Source: a virus (taxonomy: Duplodnaviria; Heunggongvirae; Uroviricota; Caudoviricetes). From it: a stretch of DNA of 16,966 bases. The DNA lies in the IMG/VR virus record IMGVR_UViG_2703718855_000004. One strand, given 5' to 3'. The position numbers were made by a program, and so were the translations under genes. This document shows, in pieces, positions 15,683-16,966 of the stretch. The notes beneath the pieces are model-generated. The model was not told the origin of the DNA. It searched no databases and was given only the letters and a program-made list of their open reading frames with translations. Positions within the stretch are counted from its first letter, which is position 1, and every line of letters begins with the position of its first letter.

Positions 15683-16966
15683 GTGAACACATTTTCAGTT
15701 TCCCGTCTGGCGCTGGCATTGGCTTTTGGCGTGACGCTGACCGCCTGTAGCTCAACCCCGCCCGATCAACGTCCTTCTGATCAAACCGCGCCTGGTACCT
15801 CTTCTCGCCCGATTCTGTCGGCAAAAGAAGCGCAGAATTTCGATGCTCAACACTATTTTGCATCCCTGACACCAGGTGCTGCAGCGTGGAATCCTTCCCC
15901 GATTACCCTGCCTGCGCAACCTGACTTTGTTGTCGGCCCGGCGGGCACTCAAGGTGTAACGCATACCACGATTCAGGCGGCGGTAGATGCGGCAATTATC
16001 AAGCGTACCAACAAGCGCCAGTATATTGCCGTGATGCCTGGTGAGTATCAGGGAACGGTATATGTCCCTGCCGCTCCGGGTGGAATTACTCTGTACGGTA
16101 CAGGTGAAAAACCGATTGATGTGAAGATTGGGCTTTCCCTTGATGGTGGCATGAGCCCTGCCGACTGGCGTCACGACGTCAACCCGCGCGGCAAATATAT
16201 GCCAGGTAAACCAGCGTGGTATATGTACGATAGCTGCCAGAGCAAACGCAGCGACAGTATCGGTGTTCTCTGCTCTGCGGTCTTCTGGTCACAAAACAAT
16301 GGCCTGCAACTGCAAAATCTGACCATCGAAAACACGCTGGGCGATAGCGTAGATGCAGGTAACCATCCGGCGGTGGCACTGCGTACTGATGGTGACCAGG
16401 TACAGATTAACAACGTTAACATTCTCGGTCGTCAGAACACCTTCTTTGTCACCAACAGCGGTGTGCAGAACCGTCTGGAAACAAATCGTCAGCCGCGTAC
16501 GCTGGTGACCAACAGCTACATTGAAGGGGATGTGGATATCGTTTCTGGTCGCGGCGCAGTGGTGTTCGATAACACCGAATTCCGCGTGGTGAACTCACGT
16601 ACTCAGCAAGAAGCGTATGTGTTTGCACCGGCTACGCTGTCCAACATTTACTACGGTTTCCTCGCCGTAAACAGCCGTTTCAATGCTTTCGGTGATGGTG
16701 TGGCGCAACTGGGCCGCTCGCTGGATGTTGATGCCAATACCAACGGTCAGGTGGTGATCCGTGATAGCGCCATCAACGAAGGTTTTAACACGGCTAAACC
16801 GTGGGCCGATGCGGTGATCTCTAATCGTCCGTTTGCGGGTAATACCGGCAGCGTAGATGATAACGACGAAATACAGCGCAATCTGAATGACACTAACTAC
16901 AACCGCATGTGGGAATACAATAACCGCGGCGTGGGTAGTAAAGTGGTTGCAGAGGCGAAGAAGTAA
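15683..16966 (+). CDS. ybhC: YbhC, outer-membrane lipoprotein of the pectinesterase-like family (acyl-CoA thioesterase); host gene flanking the lambda attachment site
   Basis: 427-aa ORF from a GTG start. MNTFSVSRLALALAFGVTLTACSSTPPDQ... has lipobox LTAC and right-handed beta-helix-type repeats. It lies immediately outside the attL B arm. Confidence 0.88.
   Translation: MNTFSVSRLALALAFGVTLTACSSTPPDQRPSDQTAPGTSSRPILSAKEAQNFDAQHYFASLTPGAAAWNPSPITLPAQPDFVVGPAGTQGVTHTTIQAAVDAAIIKRTNKRQYIAVMPGEYQGTVYVPAAPGGITLYGTGEKPIDVKIGLSLDGGMSPADWRHDVNPRGKYMPGKPAWYMYDSCQSKRSDSIGVLCSAVFWSQNNGLQLQNLTIENTLGDSVDAGNHPAVALRTDGDQVQINNVNILGRQNTFFVTNSGVQNRLETNRQPRTLVTNSYIEGDVDIVSGRGAVVFDNTEFRVVNSRTQQEAYVFAPATLSNIYYGFLAVNSRFNAFGDGVAQLGRSLDVDANTNGQVVIRDSAINEGFNTAKPWADAVISNRPFAGNTGSVDDNDEIQRNLNDTNYNRMWEYNNRGVGSKVVAEAKK

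Noticed and set aside
15651-16422. Several minus-strand ORFs (66 to 140 aa) within ybhC
   Set aside because: They are antisense to a full-length conserved host gene.
1-16966. CRISPR arrays, rRNA genes or complete tRNA genes
   Set aside because: I saw no regularly spaced direct repeats, no rRNA-like sequence and no full tRNA. Only the 3' tRNA-Ser fragment is present.

Overview
This window covers the int-proximal end of a cryptic, mosaic lambdoid prophage sitting at the chromosomal lambda attachment site, plus flanking DNA. From right to left: host ybhC (15683..16966), an attL junction (B-O-P', core 15622..15636), a lambda-type int whose 5' end is fused to the start of the small ORF that follows exo in lambda, an intact exo, and a 5'-truncated bet. 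Where lambda carries its immunity and replication region there is instead a ~1.8 kb cargo segment: two overlapping lipoprotein genes (one SlyB/Pcp-like) and a divergent small membrane ORF in AT-rich DNA. This is my best candidate for an undescribed envelope-acting prophage system. Further left is a DLP12-like late region: NinB-like ybcN, ninE, ybcO, rusA, a Q antiterminator, an intact nmpC porin moron, a phage-21-type lysis cassette, bor, ybcV/ybcW/ylcI, cos and Nu1. The large terminase subunit is cut after ~81 codons and joined directly to tfa, so all head and tail genes are gone. The left 3 kb holds an AT-rich non-coding stretch, a 62-nt 3' fragment of tRNA-Ser(CGA), an AraC-family regulator and two nested IS fragments. 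No cI, cro, N, O, P or xis is present and no CRISPR array was seen. All homology statements rest on reading the translations against remembered reference proteins; no database search was run.
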